Below, in pieces: positions 1-9,451 of a DNA stretch of 32,000 bases; the stretch's first letter is position 1; every line of letters starts with the position of its first letter. Under the pieces are notes generated by a model that had not been told where the DNA came from, searched no databases, and saw only the letters and a list, made by a program, of their open reading frames with translations. Made by a program: the position numbers and the translations under genes. The stretch is from Cupriavidus necator (GTDB taxonomy: Bacteria; Pseudomonadota; Gammaproteobacteria; Burkholderiales; Burkholderiaceae): NCBI RefSeq assembly GCF_016127575.1, contig NZ_CP066019.1:1260001-1292000 (forward strand), given 5' to 3'.

Positions 1-602
1 TGGTGCGTGCCGTCGCCGGTGAAGTGCCGCTGATCAAGCAGTTGCTCGACATCGGCGTGCGCAGCCTGCTCGTGCCGATGGTGGATACCGCGGAACAGGC
101 GCGCATGGTGGTCAGCGCTACGCGCTACCCCCCGCAAGGCATCCGCGGCGTGGGCAGCGCGATTGCGCGCGCCTCGCAGTGGAGCGCCCGCACCGACTAC
201 CTCGATGTGGCCGACGATGAAGTCTGCCTGCTGGTGCAGGCCGAAACCGTCACCGCATTGCAGAACCTGGAAGCAATCTGCGCGGTGGATGGTATCGACG
301 GCGTCTTTATCGGCCCGGCCGACCTGGCTGCGTCGATGGGCCACCGCGGCCGCCCCGGTCACCCGGAGGTGCAGGCCGCCATCGAAGGCGCGATGCGCAC
401 CATCATTGCCAGCGGCAAGGCCGCCGGCACGCTGACGTCGGACCCGGCACTGGCACGCCGCTACCTGGACCTGGGCTGCACCTTCGTGGCCACGGGCGTG
501 GACGTGATGCTGTATGCCAACGCCGCGCGCAAGCTTGCCGCATCGTTCCGCGAGCAGCCCTCTGACGCTCCCGCCGCAGACAAGCCTTCCGCCGCGTACT
601 GA
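1..602 (+). CDS. HpcH/HpaI-family 2-keto-3-deoxy-acid aldolase, C-terminal part (5' end lies outside the window)
   Basis: The frame is open from the window edge to the TGA at 600-602. [30 protein letters not shown] and [12 protein letters not shown] resemble the conserved core of HpcH/HpaI aldolases. Codons are G/C-rich at the third position. Confidence 0.85.
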   Translation, partial: VRAVAGEVPLIKQLLDIGVRSLLVPMVDTAEQARMVVSATRYPPQGIRGVGSAIARASQWSARTDYLDVADDEVCLLVQAETVTALQNLEAICAVDGIDGVFIGPADLAASMGHRGRPGHPEVQAAIEGAMRTIIASGKAAGTLTSDPALARRYLDLGCTFVATGVDVMLYANAARKLAASFREQPSDAPAADKPSAAY

Positions 603-627
603 CCCGTATCTCCTTCGCCTTACACCC

Positions 628-2073
628 ATGCCAGCCGAAACCCCGACCCCAGACACCACCTTGCGCGCGATGCAGGCCATCGTTGGTGCAAGCGCCTGCC
701 GCAGCGGCGACGCCGACACGCAGGCCTACGTCACCGACTACCGCGGCATCTACCGCGGCCAGGCCCAGGTAGTGGTGCTGCCGTCATCGACGGAAGAGGT
801 CAGCCAGGTGCTGCAGTGGTGCCATGCCCGGCGTGTGCCGGTGGTGCCGCAGGGCGGCAATACCTCGCTGATGGGCGGCGCCGTGCCGGACGACAGCGGC
901 ACCGCCGTGGTCGTCAACCTCAGCCGCATGAACCGCGTGCTGGACCTCGACACCATCAACGACACCATGACCGTGCAGTCCGGCGTCACGCTGAGCGCGG
1001 CGCGCAGCGCCGCCGAGGCCTGGCAACGCCTGTTCCCGCTGCGCATCGGCTCCGAAGGCTCATGCCAGATCGGCGGCAACCTGTCGACCAATGCCGGCGG
1101 CACCGCGGTGCTGCGCTACGGCAATATGCGCGACCTCGTGCTCGGCATCGAGGTGGTGCTGCCCGATGGCCGCATCTACTCATCGCTGCGCGGCCTGCGC
1201 AAGGACAACACCGGCTACGACCTCAAGCAGCTGTTCGTCGGCGCGGAAGGTACGCTCGGCATCATCACCGGCGCCGTGCTCAAGCTGATGCCGCAGCCGC
1301 GCAGCAGCGCCGTGGCCTTTGTCGCCGTACAGGACCCCGCCGCGGCCGTGGCCTTGCTGGGTGAAGCCAAGCGCCTGTCCGGCCAGGCCGTGACCGCGTT
1401 CGAGCTGATCTCGCGGCCCGCGCTGGAACTGGTGCTTGAATATCTTGGCAACGTGGCTTCGCCGCTGCAGGACAAGCACGAGTGGATGGTGCTGATCGAA
1501 CTCACCTCCGGGACCGATGCGGAAAGCCTCAACGCCACGCTGATGGAAATCCTCGAATCCGGCTTCAGCCAGGGCCTGGTGCAGGACGCCGCAGTGGCCG
1601 CCAGCCTGTCCGACGCCCAGACTTTCTGGCGCATCCGCGAAGAGATCTCCGACGCCCAGACCCGCACCGGCGGCAGCATCAAGTGCGATGTCTCGGTGCC
1701 GCTGTCGCGCATCGCTACGTTTGTGGAGGAAGCCTCGGCCAGGGTGCTGGAGCTGGTGCCGGACGCGCGCATGGTGATCTACGGCCATATGGGCGACGGC
1801 AATGTGCACTTCAACCCGCTGCGACCCAGGGATCAGCCAGGAAAAGAGTTCCTGGCGCAGTGGTATGAGCGGGTCTCGGCACTGGTCGACGGCATGGCCC
1901 ATGCGGAAAACGGCTCGATCTCGGCCGAGCACGGCATCGGCGTGGCCAAGCGCGACGACCTGACGCGCTACAAGTCCCAGGTGGAACTGGAGCTGATGTG
2001 GCAGGTGAAGCAGGCGCTTGATCCGTTGAACCTGCTGAATCCGGGCAAGGTGCTGCCGACGCCGGCCCGATAG
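628..2073 (+). CDS. FAD-binding oxidoreductase, GlcD / D-2-hydroxyacid dehydrogenase family
   Basis: ORF 514-2073. I place the start at the ATG at 628 (MPAETPTPD...) because the 514 start would overlap the aldolase gene by 89 nt. VPQGGNTSLMGGAVP and GSCQIGGNLSTNAGG are FAD_binding_4 motifs. The C-terminal SAEHGIGVAK...DPLNLLNPGKV is typical of FAD-linked oxidases. Confidence 0.9.
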   Translation: MPAETPTPDTTLRAMQAIVGASACRSGDADTQAYVTDYRGIYRGQAQVVVLPSSTEEVSQVLQWCHARRVPVVPQGGNTSLMGGAVPDDSGTAVVVNLSRMNRVLDLDTINDTMTVQSGVTLSAARSAAEAWQRLFPLRIGSEGSCQIGGNLSTNAGGTAVLRYGNMRDLVLGIEVVLPDGRIYSSLRGLRKDNTGYDLKQLFVGAEGTLGIITGAVLKLMPQPRSSAVAFVAVQDPAAAVALLGEAKRLSGQAVTAFELISRPALELVLEYLGNVASPLQDKHEWMVLIELTSGTDAESLNATLMEILESGFSQGLVQDAAVAASLSDAQTFWRIREEISDAQTRTGGSIKCDVSVPLSRIATFVEEASARVLELVPDARMVIYGHMGDGNVHFNPLRPRDQPGKEFLAQWYERVSALVDGMAHAENGSISAEHGIGVAKRDDLTRYKSQVELELMWQVKQALDPLNLLNPGKVLPTPAR

Positions 2074-2229
2074 CTCACCGCTATTCCACACCACGGAACG
2101 CGGGCAGGGCGCGCGTAGCAGGAATCGCCCATCTGGGCTAAGGTGTCAGCTATCCAGAACGCGCGGAGCCGGGGCATTGCCGCACCGGCCAACGCGCACA
2201 GCACGGCCGGCCCACCGGCCCAGATACCG

Positions 2230-3318
2230 ATGAGCGCCCAATCCCCCGACATCGCCCTCGCAGCCGCCCCCATCTCCCTCGAAAAGCCCGAGCTCGACTA
2301 CCCCTGTGGCGACGCGCCCGAACCCGGCCGTGCCCGCGAGGTAGCGCCCGGTGTGCTGTGGCTGCGCATGCCGATGCCACTGGGCCTGAACCACATCAAC
2401 CTGTGGGCCATCCGCGACGGCAGCGGCTGGGCCGCCGTCGACGCCGGGTTGCAGACCCCGGAAACCGCCCAGGCCTGGCGCGCGCTGTTCGCCGCAAGCG
2501 GCCCGCTCGCGGGCGGCCTGACGCGCCTGTTCGTGACCCATATGCACCCCGACCACATCGGCATGGCCGGGTGGCTGACCGGCAAGTTCGACTGCCAGCT
2601 GTGGATGACGCGGCTGGAATACCTGATGTGCCGCGTGCTGGCGGCGGATACGGGGCGAGCGGCGCCCGATGACGCGATCGAGTTCTATCGCAAGGCCGGC
2701 TGGGACGACGAAGCGATCGAGGTGTACCGCACCCGCTTCGGCGGCTTCGGCAAATATGTCCACGCCTTGCCCGAGAGCTTCCACCGCCTGTCCGATGCCG
2801 ACACCGTGCGCATCGGCGCGCACGACTGGCAGGTCATCGTCGGCACCGGCCATTCGCCCGAACATGCCTGCCTGTACTGCCCGGCGCTGAAGCTGCTGGT
2901 GTCAGGCGACCAGGTGCTGCCGCGCATTTCCTCCAACGTATCGGTGTTCCCGACCGAGCCCGATGCCGATCCGATGCAGGACTGGCTGGCCTCGCTGGAC
3001 AAGGTGCGCGCTGCCGTGCCGGACGATGTGATGGTGCTGCCGGCGCATAACGAACCGTTCCGTGGGCTGCATGCGCGGATTGACTATCTGCGGGCGAGCC
3101 AGATGCAGGCGCTGGACCGCTTGCGTGGCGCGTTGGGGACGCCGAAGCGGGCGGTGGATGTGTTTGGTGAGTTGTTCTCGCGCCCCATCACCGGAAGCGG
3201 CGGGCTGTTGGGGATGGCTACCGGCGAGAGCATTGCGCACCTGAACTACCTGCTGGAGCGGGGCGAGGCGGTGCGTGAGACCGGTCCCGATGGCTGCCAC
3301 TGGTACCGCATGAGGTAA
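2230..3318 (+). CDS. MBL-fold metallo-hydrolase
   Basis: THMHPDHIGMAG is the HxHxDH zinc motif. GTGHSPEH supplies the downstream His ligand. The start is uncertain: ATG 2230 is chosen, GTG 2143 is also possible, and neither has a good SD. Confidence 0.8.
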   Translation: MSAQSPDIALAAAPISLEKPELDYPCGDAPEPGRAREVAPGVLWLRMPMPLGLNHINLWAIRDGSGWAAVDAGLQTPETAQAWRALFAASGPLAGGLTRLFVTHMHPDHIGMAGWLTGKFDCQLWMTRLEYLMCRVLAADTGRAAPDDAIEFYRKAGWDDEAIEVYRTRFGGFGKYVHALPESFHRLSDADTVRIGAHDWQVIVGTGHSPEHACLYCPALKLLVSGDQVLPRISSNVSVFPTEPDADPMQDWLASLDKVRAAVPDDVMVLPAHNEPFRGLHARIDYLRASQMQALDRLRGALGTPKRAVDVFGELFSRPITGSGGLLGMATGESIAHLNYLLERGEAVRETGPDGCHWYRMR

Positions 3319-3348
3319 TCCCCAGGCGGCGGGGACTGCCGCGTCGCC

Positions 3349-3400
3349 TTGACTTCCACTCGTACGATATATATCGTAAGATATGTTTTACGACATATCG
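3349..3400 (+). promoter_or_regulatory. Putative padR promoter with overlapping palindromic operator(s)
   Basis: TTGACT at 3349-3354, 17 nt, then TATCGT at 3372-3377. A perfect 16-bp palindrome TACGATATATATCGTA at 3363-3378 overlaps the -10. A second inverted repeat is GATATG (3380-3385) N8 CATATC (3394-3399), and it contains ATGT-N6-ACAT. The GGAGG SD at 3400-3404 precedes the ATG at 3410. Confidence 0.55.
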
Positions 3401-3409
3401 GAGGCAGTC

Positions 3410-4117
3410 ATGCGCCATCATTCCCACCCTTTTGGCTCCTCAGGCCACGGCCGTCACCTGCTGATGCGCCTTTTGCCTCACTTTGAGCGCCACTTCGCCC
3501 ACCACGCCATGGGCCGCCACGGCGGCGGCTTCTGGGGCGGCGGGCATGACGACGGCTTCGGCCCTGCCGGCGCCGATGGTCCCGGCAGCTTCGACGGCGA
3601 AGGCTGGCGCCGGGGCCGCAAGTTCAGCGCCGATGACCTGCAGTTGCTGCTGCTGGCGATGCTCGAAGAGAAGCCGAGCCACGGCTACGAACTGATCAAG
3701 GCGATCGAGACCCGTACCAACGGCTTCTACAAGCCGAGTCCCGGCGTGGTCTATCCGGCCCTGACTTACCTGGAAGAAGTCGGCTACGCCACCGTCGATA
3801 CGGAAGGCAACAAGAAGCGCTACCAGCTGTCCGAGACCGGCAAGGCCCACCTGGCGGCCAACCGCGAGCGGGTCGAGGTGATGATTGCCAAGCTGCGCCA
3901 CGTGGCGCGCAAGGTTGAGTGGATGCGGCGCGCCATGAGCGGTGAGCCGCAGCCCGAGCCGGAGCAGGGCGGCTGGCTGCCCGAGCTGATGCAAGCCCGC
4001 GCCGCGATCAAGCGTGCCATTGCGCTGCGCAGCGATGCGGGCGCCGACGAGCAGCGCCGCATCGCGGAGATCCTGCTGCGCGCGGCGGCCGAGATCGAAG
4101 CGGTGCGCAAGGCCTGA
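3410..4117 (+). CDS. PadR-family transcriptional regulator
   Basis: KPSHGYELIKAIETRTNGFYKPSPGVVYPALTYLEEVGY is the PadR winged-helix signature. The ATG at 3410 has a GGAGG SD 6 nt upstream. Confidence 0.9.
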   Translation: MRHHSHPFGSSGHGRHLLMRLLPHFERHFAHHAMGRHGGGFWGGGHDDGFGPAGADGPGSFDGEGWRRGRKFSADDLQLLLLAMLEEKPSHGYELIKAIETRTNGFYKPSPGVVYPALTYLEEVGYATVDTEGNKKRYQLSETGKAHLAANRERVEVMIAKLRHVARKVEWMRRAMSGEPQPEPEQGGWLPELMQARAAIKRAIALRSDAGADEQRRIAEILLRAAAEIEAVRKA

Positions 4118-4195
4118 CATGTGGCACTGACGCTGGCTGCGGCCATCGGCAACCTGACCCGGCAGGTGCCGGGTTCTATCCCAAGGAATTCCAAT

Positions 4196-5023
4196 ATGAG
4201 TGAGAACAATCAAGCCTCCGCACGCGACCTGACTGTGCAGCGCGTGCGCCATCCGCTCAAGATGCGCCTGCTGCAAGTGGTGCGCACCACGCAAGTGTCA
4301 CCGCAGTTGCTGCGTGTCACGCTTGGCGGCGCTGATCTGCAGGACTTTGTCTCGGCGTCGTTCGACGACCACGTCAAGGTCTTCTTCCCGGTGGACGGCG
4401 CTGACAAGCCGGTGCTGCCGCAGGTCACCCCGGACGGCATCACCTTCCCCGAAGGCCAGCCGCGGCCGCCCGCGCGCGACTACACGCCGCGCCGCTACGA
4501 TGGGGCGAAGCAGGAGCTGGATATCGAGTTCGTGCTGCATGGCGATGGCCCCGCGTCGACCTGGGCCGCGCAGGCGCAGCCGGGCCAGTACCTGGGCGTG
4601 GGCGGGCCGCGCGGCTCGTTCGTGGTGCCCACGGCGTTCGACTGGCACCTGCTGATCGGCGACGATACCGCGCTGCCGGCGATCGCCCGGCGCCTGGAAG
4701 AGCTCGGGGCCGATACGCGCGCCATCGTGGTGGTGGAAGTGGGCAATGCCGCGTCGCAGATTCCTCTGCCGACGCAGGCGCAATGCGATGTGCACTGGCT
4801 GCATCGTGACGATGCGCTGGAAGGCAGCCTGCTGGAAGGGGTGCTACGCAAGCTCACGCTGCCGCGCGGCGAGGGTTATGTGTGGGCCGCTGGTGAAGCC
4901 GCGGCGATGAAAGCGGTGCGCCAGTACCTGGTCAGCGAACGCGGTGTCGACAAGCGCCGTATCCGCGCGTCGGCGTACTGGAAGCGTGGCGCTTCGGCGG
5001 TGCATGAGACGCTGGACGACTGA
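4196..5023 (+). CDS. Siderophore-interacting protein (SIP / ViuB-like FAD-binding ferric-reductase family)
   Basis: RDYTPRRYD and DIEFVLHGDGPASTWA match the FAD_binding_9 domain. The C-terminal YVWAAGEAAAMKAVRQYL matches the SIP domain. ATG 4196 is preceded by AAGGAA. PadR-SIP adjacency is a recurrent pairing. Confidence 0.88.
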   Translation: MSENNQASARDLTVQRVRHPLKMRLLQVVRTTQVSPQLLRVTLGGADLQDFVSASFDDHVKVFFPVDGADKPVLPQVTPDGITFPEGQPRPPARDYTPRRYDGAKQELDIEFVLHGDGPASTWAAQAQPGQYLGVGGPRGSFVVPTAFDWHLLIGDDTALPAIARRLEELGADTRAIVVVEVGNAASQIPLPTQAQCDVHWLHRDDALEGSLLEGVLRKLTLPRGEGYVWAAGEAAAMKAVRQYLVSERGVDKRRIRASAYWKRGASAVHETLDD

Positions 5024-5079
5024 AGCGGGCGGGGTGCCGGTAAGATAGTGCGACCGCCATCCGCCAGGGAGACCCTGCC

Positions 5080-5490
5080 GTGCAGCCTTCGCCCACCTTT
5101 CGCCGCTTCACGATCAGCCGGCGCTTCGCGCTGGCCTGCGCCTGCGCAGCGTTGCTGGCGGCCTGTGCGCCGGACTCCGTGCGCAATATCCAGGCCAAGG
5201 GCTTCAATGCCTATCTCGATTCGCTGCAGACCGCTTGCCCCAACATGGTGGTTGGCTCCAGCAATATCAGCGACTGGCTGCGCACCAGTGGCAGCAGGGG
5301 CGACGACAACTACGTCTACTGGCTGGACCAGACCTCGCGGCTCTACTACCAGCGCATCTCGCCAACGCAGTATCGGGATTCGGTCAGCGCGGCGCTTGGC
5401 GGCAAGTCAGATTCGCGCGCGCTGGACTGCATCGTGCGCAACCTGCCGCCGGACCGGCCGACGCGTCCGCCGGGCGGCAAGCTGCTTTGA
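5080..5490 (+). CDS. Hypothetical lipoprotein
   Basis: The N-terminus RRFALACACAALLAAC has a lipobox (LLAAC) after a positively charged n-region. The GTG start has GGGAG 8 nt upstream. No recognisable domain. Confidence 0.65.
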   Translation: MQPSPTFRRFTISRRFALACACAALLAACAPDSVRNIQAKGFNAYLDSLQTACPNMVVGSSNISDWLRTSGSRGDDNYVYWLDQTSRLYYQRISPTQYRDSVSAALGGKSDSRALDCIVRNLPPDRPTRPPGGKLL

Positions 5491-5551
5491 TCTTTCGCGC
5501 GGCCTCACGTGACCGTTGTGCATTCGCCGCATCCCCGCTAACATGAGTCTC

Positions 5552-5575
5552 CGGCAGCCGAGACAACGGCTGCCG
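5552..5575 (+). terminator. Stem-loop between the lipoprotein and aminotransferase genes (9-bp stem, no U-tract)
   Basis: CGGCAGCCG-agacaa-CGGCTGCCG forms a perfect 9-bp stem. No T-run follows, so the terminator function is uncertain. Confidence 0.35.
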
Positions 5576-5620
5576 ACGTCGCTCGGACGGTTCCGGGCGC
5601 TTACGTAAAGGACTTCCTCC

Positions 5621-6847
5621 ATGACTGCCGCTTCTGGCAAGCGCCGCTTTGCGCGCATCGATCGCCTTCCCCCGTACGTTTTCAATATCACCGCCGAGCT
5701 GAAGATGGCCGCCCGCCGCCGTGGCGAGGACATCATCGACATGAGCATGGGCAACCCCGATGGCGCCACGCCGGCGCATATCGTGGCCAAGCTCACGGAA
5801 GCGGCGCAACGGCCCGATACGCACGGCTATTCGGCCTCCAAGGGCATCCCGCGGCTGCGCCGCGCGATCGCGCACTGGTACCGCGAACGCTATGACGTGG
5901 AGATTGACCCGGATACCGAGGCCATCGTCACCATCGGGTCCAAGGAAGGCCTGGCGCACTTGATGCTGGCCACGCTGGACCGCGGCGACACGGTGCTGGT
6001 GCCCGATCCCAGCTACCCCATCCATATCTACGGCGCGGTCATTGCCGGCGCGGATATCCGCTCGGTGCCGCTGGTGCCGGGCATCGATTTCTTTGCCGAG
6101 CTGGAGCGCGCCATCCGCGGCAGCTATCCCAAGCCGAAGATGATCGTGCTGGGCTTTCCGTCCAACCCCACCGCGCAATGCGTGGAGCTGGACTTCTTCG
6201 AGCGCGTGATTGCGCTGGCACGCAAGCACGACATCTTCGTGGTGCACGACCTGGCCTATGCCGACATCGTGTTCGATGGCTGGAAGGCGCCGTCGATCAT
6301 GCAGGTGCCGGGCGCCAAGGACATCGCGGTGGAGTTCTTCACGCTGTCCAAGAGCTACAACATGGCGGGCTGGCGCGTGGGCTTCATGGTGGGCAACCCG
6401 GACCTGGTGGCGGCGCTGACGCGCATCAAGAGCTATCACGACTACGGCACCTTCACGCCGCTGCAGATCGCGGCCATTGCCGCGCTGGAGGGCGACCAGC
6501 AATGCGTCAGCGAGATCGCCGCGCAGTACCAGTCGCGCCGTGACGTGCTGGCGCGCGGGCTGATCGAAGCAGGCTGGCCGGTGGAGATCCCGAAGGCGTC
6601 GATGTATATCTGGGCGCGGATTCCCGAGCCGTACCGCGCGCTGGGCTCGCTGGAATTCTCCAAGCAGCTGCTGGCCAAGGCCAAGGTATCGGTCTCGCCG
6701 GGCATCGGCTTTGGCGACTATGGCGACGAGTATGTGCGCTTTGCCCTGATCGAGAACGAATCGCGCATCCGGCAGGCGGTGCGGGGCATCAAGGCGATGT
6801 TCCGGGCCGACGGGCTGGTCAAGCCGGCATCAACCGCGCAGGCATGA
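5621..6847 (+). CDS. Pyridoxal-phosphate-dependent aminotransferase, class I/II (AlaC-like glutamate-pyruvate type)
   Basis: [14 protein letters not shown] and MSMGNPDG form the N-terminal signature. [12 protein letters not shown] carries the PLP-binding lysine. NPTA and RFALIEN are also present. Confidence 0.9.
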   Translation: MTAASGKRRFARIDRLPPYVFNITAELKMAARRRGEDIIDMSMGNPDGATPAHIVAKLTEAAQRPDTHGYSASKGIPRLRRAIAHWYRERYDVEIDPDTEAIVTIGSKEGLAHLMLATLDRGDTVLVPDPSYPIHIYGAVIAGADIRSVPLVPGIDFFAELERAIRGSYPKPKMIVLGFPSNPTAQCVELDFFERVIALARKHDIFVVHDLAYADIVFDGWKAPSIMQVPGAKDIAVEFFTLSKSYNMAGWRVGFMVGNPDLVAALTRIKSYHDYGTFTPLQIAAIAALEGDQQCVSEIAAQYQSRRDVLARGLIEAGWPVEIPKASMYIWARIPEPYRALGSLEFSKQLLAKAKVSVSPGIGFGDYGDEYVRFALIENESRIRQAVRGIKAMFRADGLVKPASTAQA

Positions 6848-6851
6848 ACCA

Positions 6852-6878
6852 GCGCTGCGCTCAGTAGCGGCGCAGCGC
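6852..6878. terminator. Hairpin at the convergent junction of the aminotransferase and Crp/Fnr genes
   Basis: GCGCTGCGC (6852-6860) N9 GCGCAGCGC (6870-6878). It overlaps the last codons of the minus-strand regulator. There is no clear U-tract. Confidence 0.35.
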
Positions 6879-7529
6879 CTCCAGGTCAAGCACATGCACC
6901 ACGCTGTGCTTGACCGCCAGCAAGCCTTCATCCTCCAGCACCTTGAGCGCCGCATTAGCCCGCTGGCGCGAGATGCCCGCCAGCAGGCCGACTTCTTCCT
7001 GCGTCAGATGCAACGCCGGGCCCGGTCCGGAAGGGCATAGCACGGGATGGAATAGCGTAGCCAGCGCCCGCGCCACGCGTCCTTCGATGCCGTGCAGCCG
7101 CTCATGCTCTACGGTGGCGATAAACAGGCCCAGCCTTTCATTGAGCTGGTCGAGCAGATAGCGGTTGAAGGGAAGGCTGGTCTCCTGCAGCCAGCGGAAC
7201 GTCGCCCCCGGCATGCAGGCGATGCGTGAATCGCGCAGGGCCACTACGTCATAGCGCAGCGCCTCGCGCTTGAGCAGGGAGCCTTCACCGAGCCAGCCAC
7301 CGGCCGGCACGCCGGTCAGCGTCGCGCGCTTGCCCGAGGGCGATGCGCAATGCACCTTGACCAGGCCTTGTGCGATGCCAAGCCAGCAGTCGGCCAGGTC
7401 GCCCTTGCGGATGACATAGGCGCCTTGCGGCACCGCGCGCTCACGCAGTTCGGCGCGCACGCGCTGGCGTTGCTCCGGGGTCAGTGCCGCCGCCCAGGGG
7501 CTGCGCGCCAGCAGCGCGTCGAGGCTCAC
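6861..7529 (-). CDS. Crp/Fnr-family transcriptional regulator (cNMP-binding domain plus C-terminal HTH)
   Basis: RKGDLADCWLGIAQGLVKV...GGWLGEGSLL is a cNMP-binding fold. LTQEEVGLLAGISRQRANAALKVLEDEGLL is a Crp-type HTH. The ORF is open to 7586, but that start overlaps the upstream gene by 43 nt. I prefer the GTG at 7529, which lies 14 nt after the upstream stop. Confidence 0.85.
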   Translation of the reverse strand: MSLDALLARSPWAAALTPEQRQRVRAELRERAVPQGAYVIRKGDLADCWLGIAQGLVKVHCASPSGKRATLTGVPAGGWLGEGSLLKREALRYDVVALRDSRIACMPGATFRWLQETSLPFNRYLLDQLNERLGLFIATVEHERLHGIEGRVARALATLFHPVLCPSGPGPALHLTQEEVGLLAGISRQRANAALKVLEDEGLLAVKHSVVHVLDLEALRRY

Positions 7530-7543
7530 GGTGGTGCATCCGC

Positions 7544-8671
7544 TCAGGCGGGCAGGGGCAGCGGCTGTTCGCCCGGTGCCCACCACGGCCGGAACAGCGC
7601 CTGCACGGCGACGTCATCGACGGCTTCATAGCTGGCGATGCGCCAGTGCGGCGTGTTGTCCTTGTCGACGATCAGCGCGCGCACGCCTTCGATGAAGTCC
7701 CCCTGCGAGAACGTGTTGACCACCACCGCCAGTTCCATGCGGAAGCAGTCGGCCAGGTCCATGCGGCGACCGCGCAGCAGCAGTTCGCGCGTGGCGTAGG
7801 CGGACAGCGGCGAGCGGGTGCGCAGCACGTCGATGGTGCGCGTGGCCCAGGCGGTGTAGGCCGGGTCGTCCTGGCAGGCCAGTCCGGCCAGGATCTCGGG
7901 CAGCGTGGCATGCGCCGGGAAGTGCTGCAGCAGCGCCGGCAGCACCTGCAGCAGCGGCGCGTCGGCGGCGCTGGCCACCGGCTCGCGCACCAGCGCATGG
8001 CGCAGGTCAGCGAGCGCGTCATGGCCCCAGGCGATGCCGGCGAGGGTCTGCTCCAGCCCGGCCAGCGTGGCGCTGTCCACCGCGGCATCGGCCAGCCCGC
8101 ACAGCAGCGCGTCGGCCGCGCCGATGGTGACTCCGGTCAGTCCCAGGTACAGCGCCAGCTGCACCGGCAGCTTCGACAGGAAATGGCTGGCGCCCACGTC
8201 CGGCACCAGGCCGATACCGGTTTCGGGCATGGCCACGCGCGAGCGTTCGGTGACGATGCGCAGGTGCGCGGCCTGCGCCAGGCCCATGCCGCCGCCCATG
8301 ACGATGCCGTCCATCAGCGCCACCAGCGGCTTGGGATAGCGGTGCAGGCGGTAATCCAGCGTGTATTCGTCGATGAAGAAGCGCCGGTGCAGCGGGGTGC
8401 CGTCGCGGTAGCTGTCGGTCAGCGCGCGGATGTCGCCGCCGGCGCAGAAGGCCTTGGGGCCGGCGCCGCGCAGCACCACTGCGCGGACGGCGTCATCCCG
8501 CGCCCAGGCTTCCATCTGCGCACCGAGCGCGACGATCATCGGGTACGACAGGGCATTGAGCTGGCGCGGCCGGTTCAGCGTGGCAATGCCGACACCGTTG
8601 ACGACCTGGAACAGCACCTCCGGCTCGGCGGCATCCAGGTTGGCGGCCTTGGTCTCTTCAGTCAGGCGCAT
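7544..8671 (-). CDS. Enoyl-CoA hydratase/isomerase-family protein, 3-hydroxyisobutyryl-CoA hydrolase type
   Basis: The roughly 375-aa long-form crotonase has LNRPRQLNALS, FCAGGDIR, LMDGIVMGGGMGL and PETGIGLVPDVG. Its position in the valine-degradation cluster fits. Confidence 0.88.
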   Translation of the reverse strand: MRLTEETKAANLDAAEPEVLFQVVNGVGIATLNRPRQLNALSYPMIVALGAQMEAWARDDAVRAVVLRGAGPKAFCAGGDIRALTDSYRDGTPLHRRFFIDEYTLDYRLHRYPKPLVALMDGIVMGGGMGLAQAAHLRIVTERSRVAMPETGIGLVPDVGASHFLSKLPVQLALYLGLTGVTIGAADALLCGLADAAVDSATLAGLEQTLAGIAWGHDALADLRHALVREPVASAADAPLLQVLPALLQHFPAHATLPEILAGLACQDDPAYTAWATRTIDVLRTRSPLSAYATRELLLRGRRMDLADCFRMELAVVVNTFSQGDFIEGVRALIVDKDNTPHWRIASYEAVDDVAVQALFRPWWAPGEQPLPLPA

Positions 8672-8680
8672 GGCGGGCTC

Positions 8681-9451
8681 CTAGGCGTTGCGCCATTGCG
8701 GCGTTCGTTTCTCGAGGAAAGCGTTGACCCCCTCGCGCTGGTCGGCATCGTCGAACAGGTCGACAAAGCGCTCGCGCTCCAGCGCCAGCGCGGCCTGGCG
8801 TGGCACGCCCTGGCGCGCAAGGTGCACCAGCCGCTTGCTGTGCGCGGCGGCCCGGGGACTCACGTTGCAGGCGCGCTCAGCCATCGCCAGCGCGGTGGCG
8901 ATGGCCTGGCCGCGCGGCACGACTTCTTCCACCAGCCCGATGCGCAACGCGGTGGCGGCATCCACGCGCTCGTTGGTCAGGATCATGCGCTTGGCCCAGC
9001 CTTCGCCGACCAGCCACGGCAGCGTCTGCGTGCCGCAGCCGCACGGCAGCAGGCCGACCGCGGCTTCAGGCAGGGCCATCTGCGCGTGTTCCTCGACGAT
9101 GCGGATATCGCAGGCCAGTGCGCATTCCAGCCCGCCGCCCATGGCATAGCCGTTGATCGCGGCGATCACCACGGGCCGCGCGTTCTGCAGGGCCTCGAAG
9201 GCGCTGCCGAACTGCTGCGCCATCACGCGGGCATGGGCGCGGTCGCCCTCGGCGAAGCCGTTCAGGTCGGCGCCGGCGCTGAAGAACTTCTCGCCGGCAC
9301 CGGTGACCACCACGGCGCGCACTTCGGGGTTGGCGTCGATCTTTGCCACCAGCTCGCGCAACTGCTGCAGGCCTTCCGCAGTGAAGGCGTTGGCGGGCGG
9401 GCGGCTCAGCGTCAGCGTGGCGACGTGGCCGTGCAGGGCGAACTCGATCAT
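8681..9451 (-). CDS. Enoyl-CoA hydratase (crotonase family)
   Basis: The true start is the ATG at 9451 (MIEFALHGHVATLTLSRPPANAF). FSAGADL, AINGYAMGGGLECALACDIR and PEAAVGLLP are present. The start overlaps the mmsB stop by 4 bp (ATGA). The 518-aa ORF in the track is a non-coding-looking 5' extension running through mmsB in another frame. Confidence 0.9.
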   Translation of the reverse strand: MIEFALHGHVATLTLSRPPANAFTAEGLQQLRELVAKIDANPEVRAVVVTGAGEKFFSAGADLNGFAEGDRAHARVMAQQFGSAFEALQNARPVVIAAINGYAMGGGLECALACDIRIVEEHAQMALPEAAVGLLPCGCGTQTLPWLVGEGWAKRMILTNERVDAATALRIGLVEEVVPRGQAIATALAMAERACNVSPRAAAHSKRLVHLARQGVPRQAALALERERFVDLFDDADQREGVNAFLEKRTPQWRNA

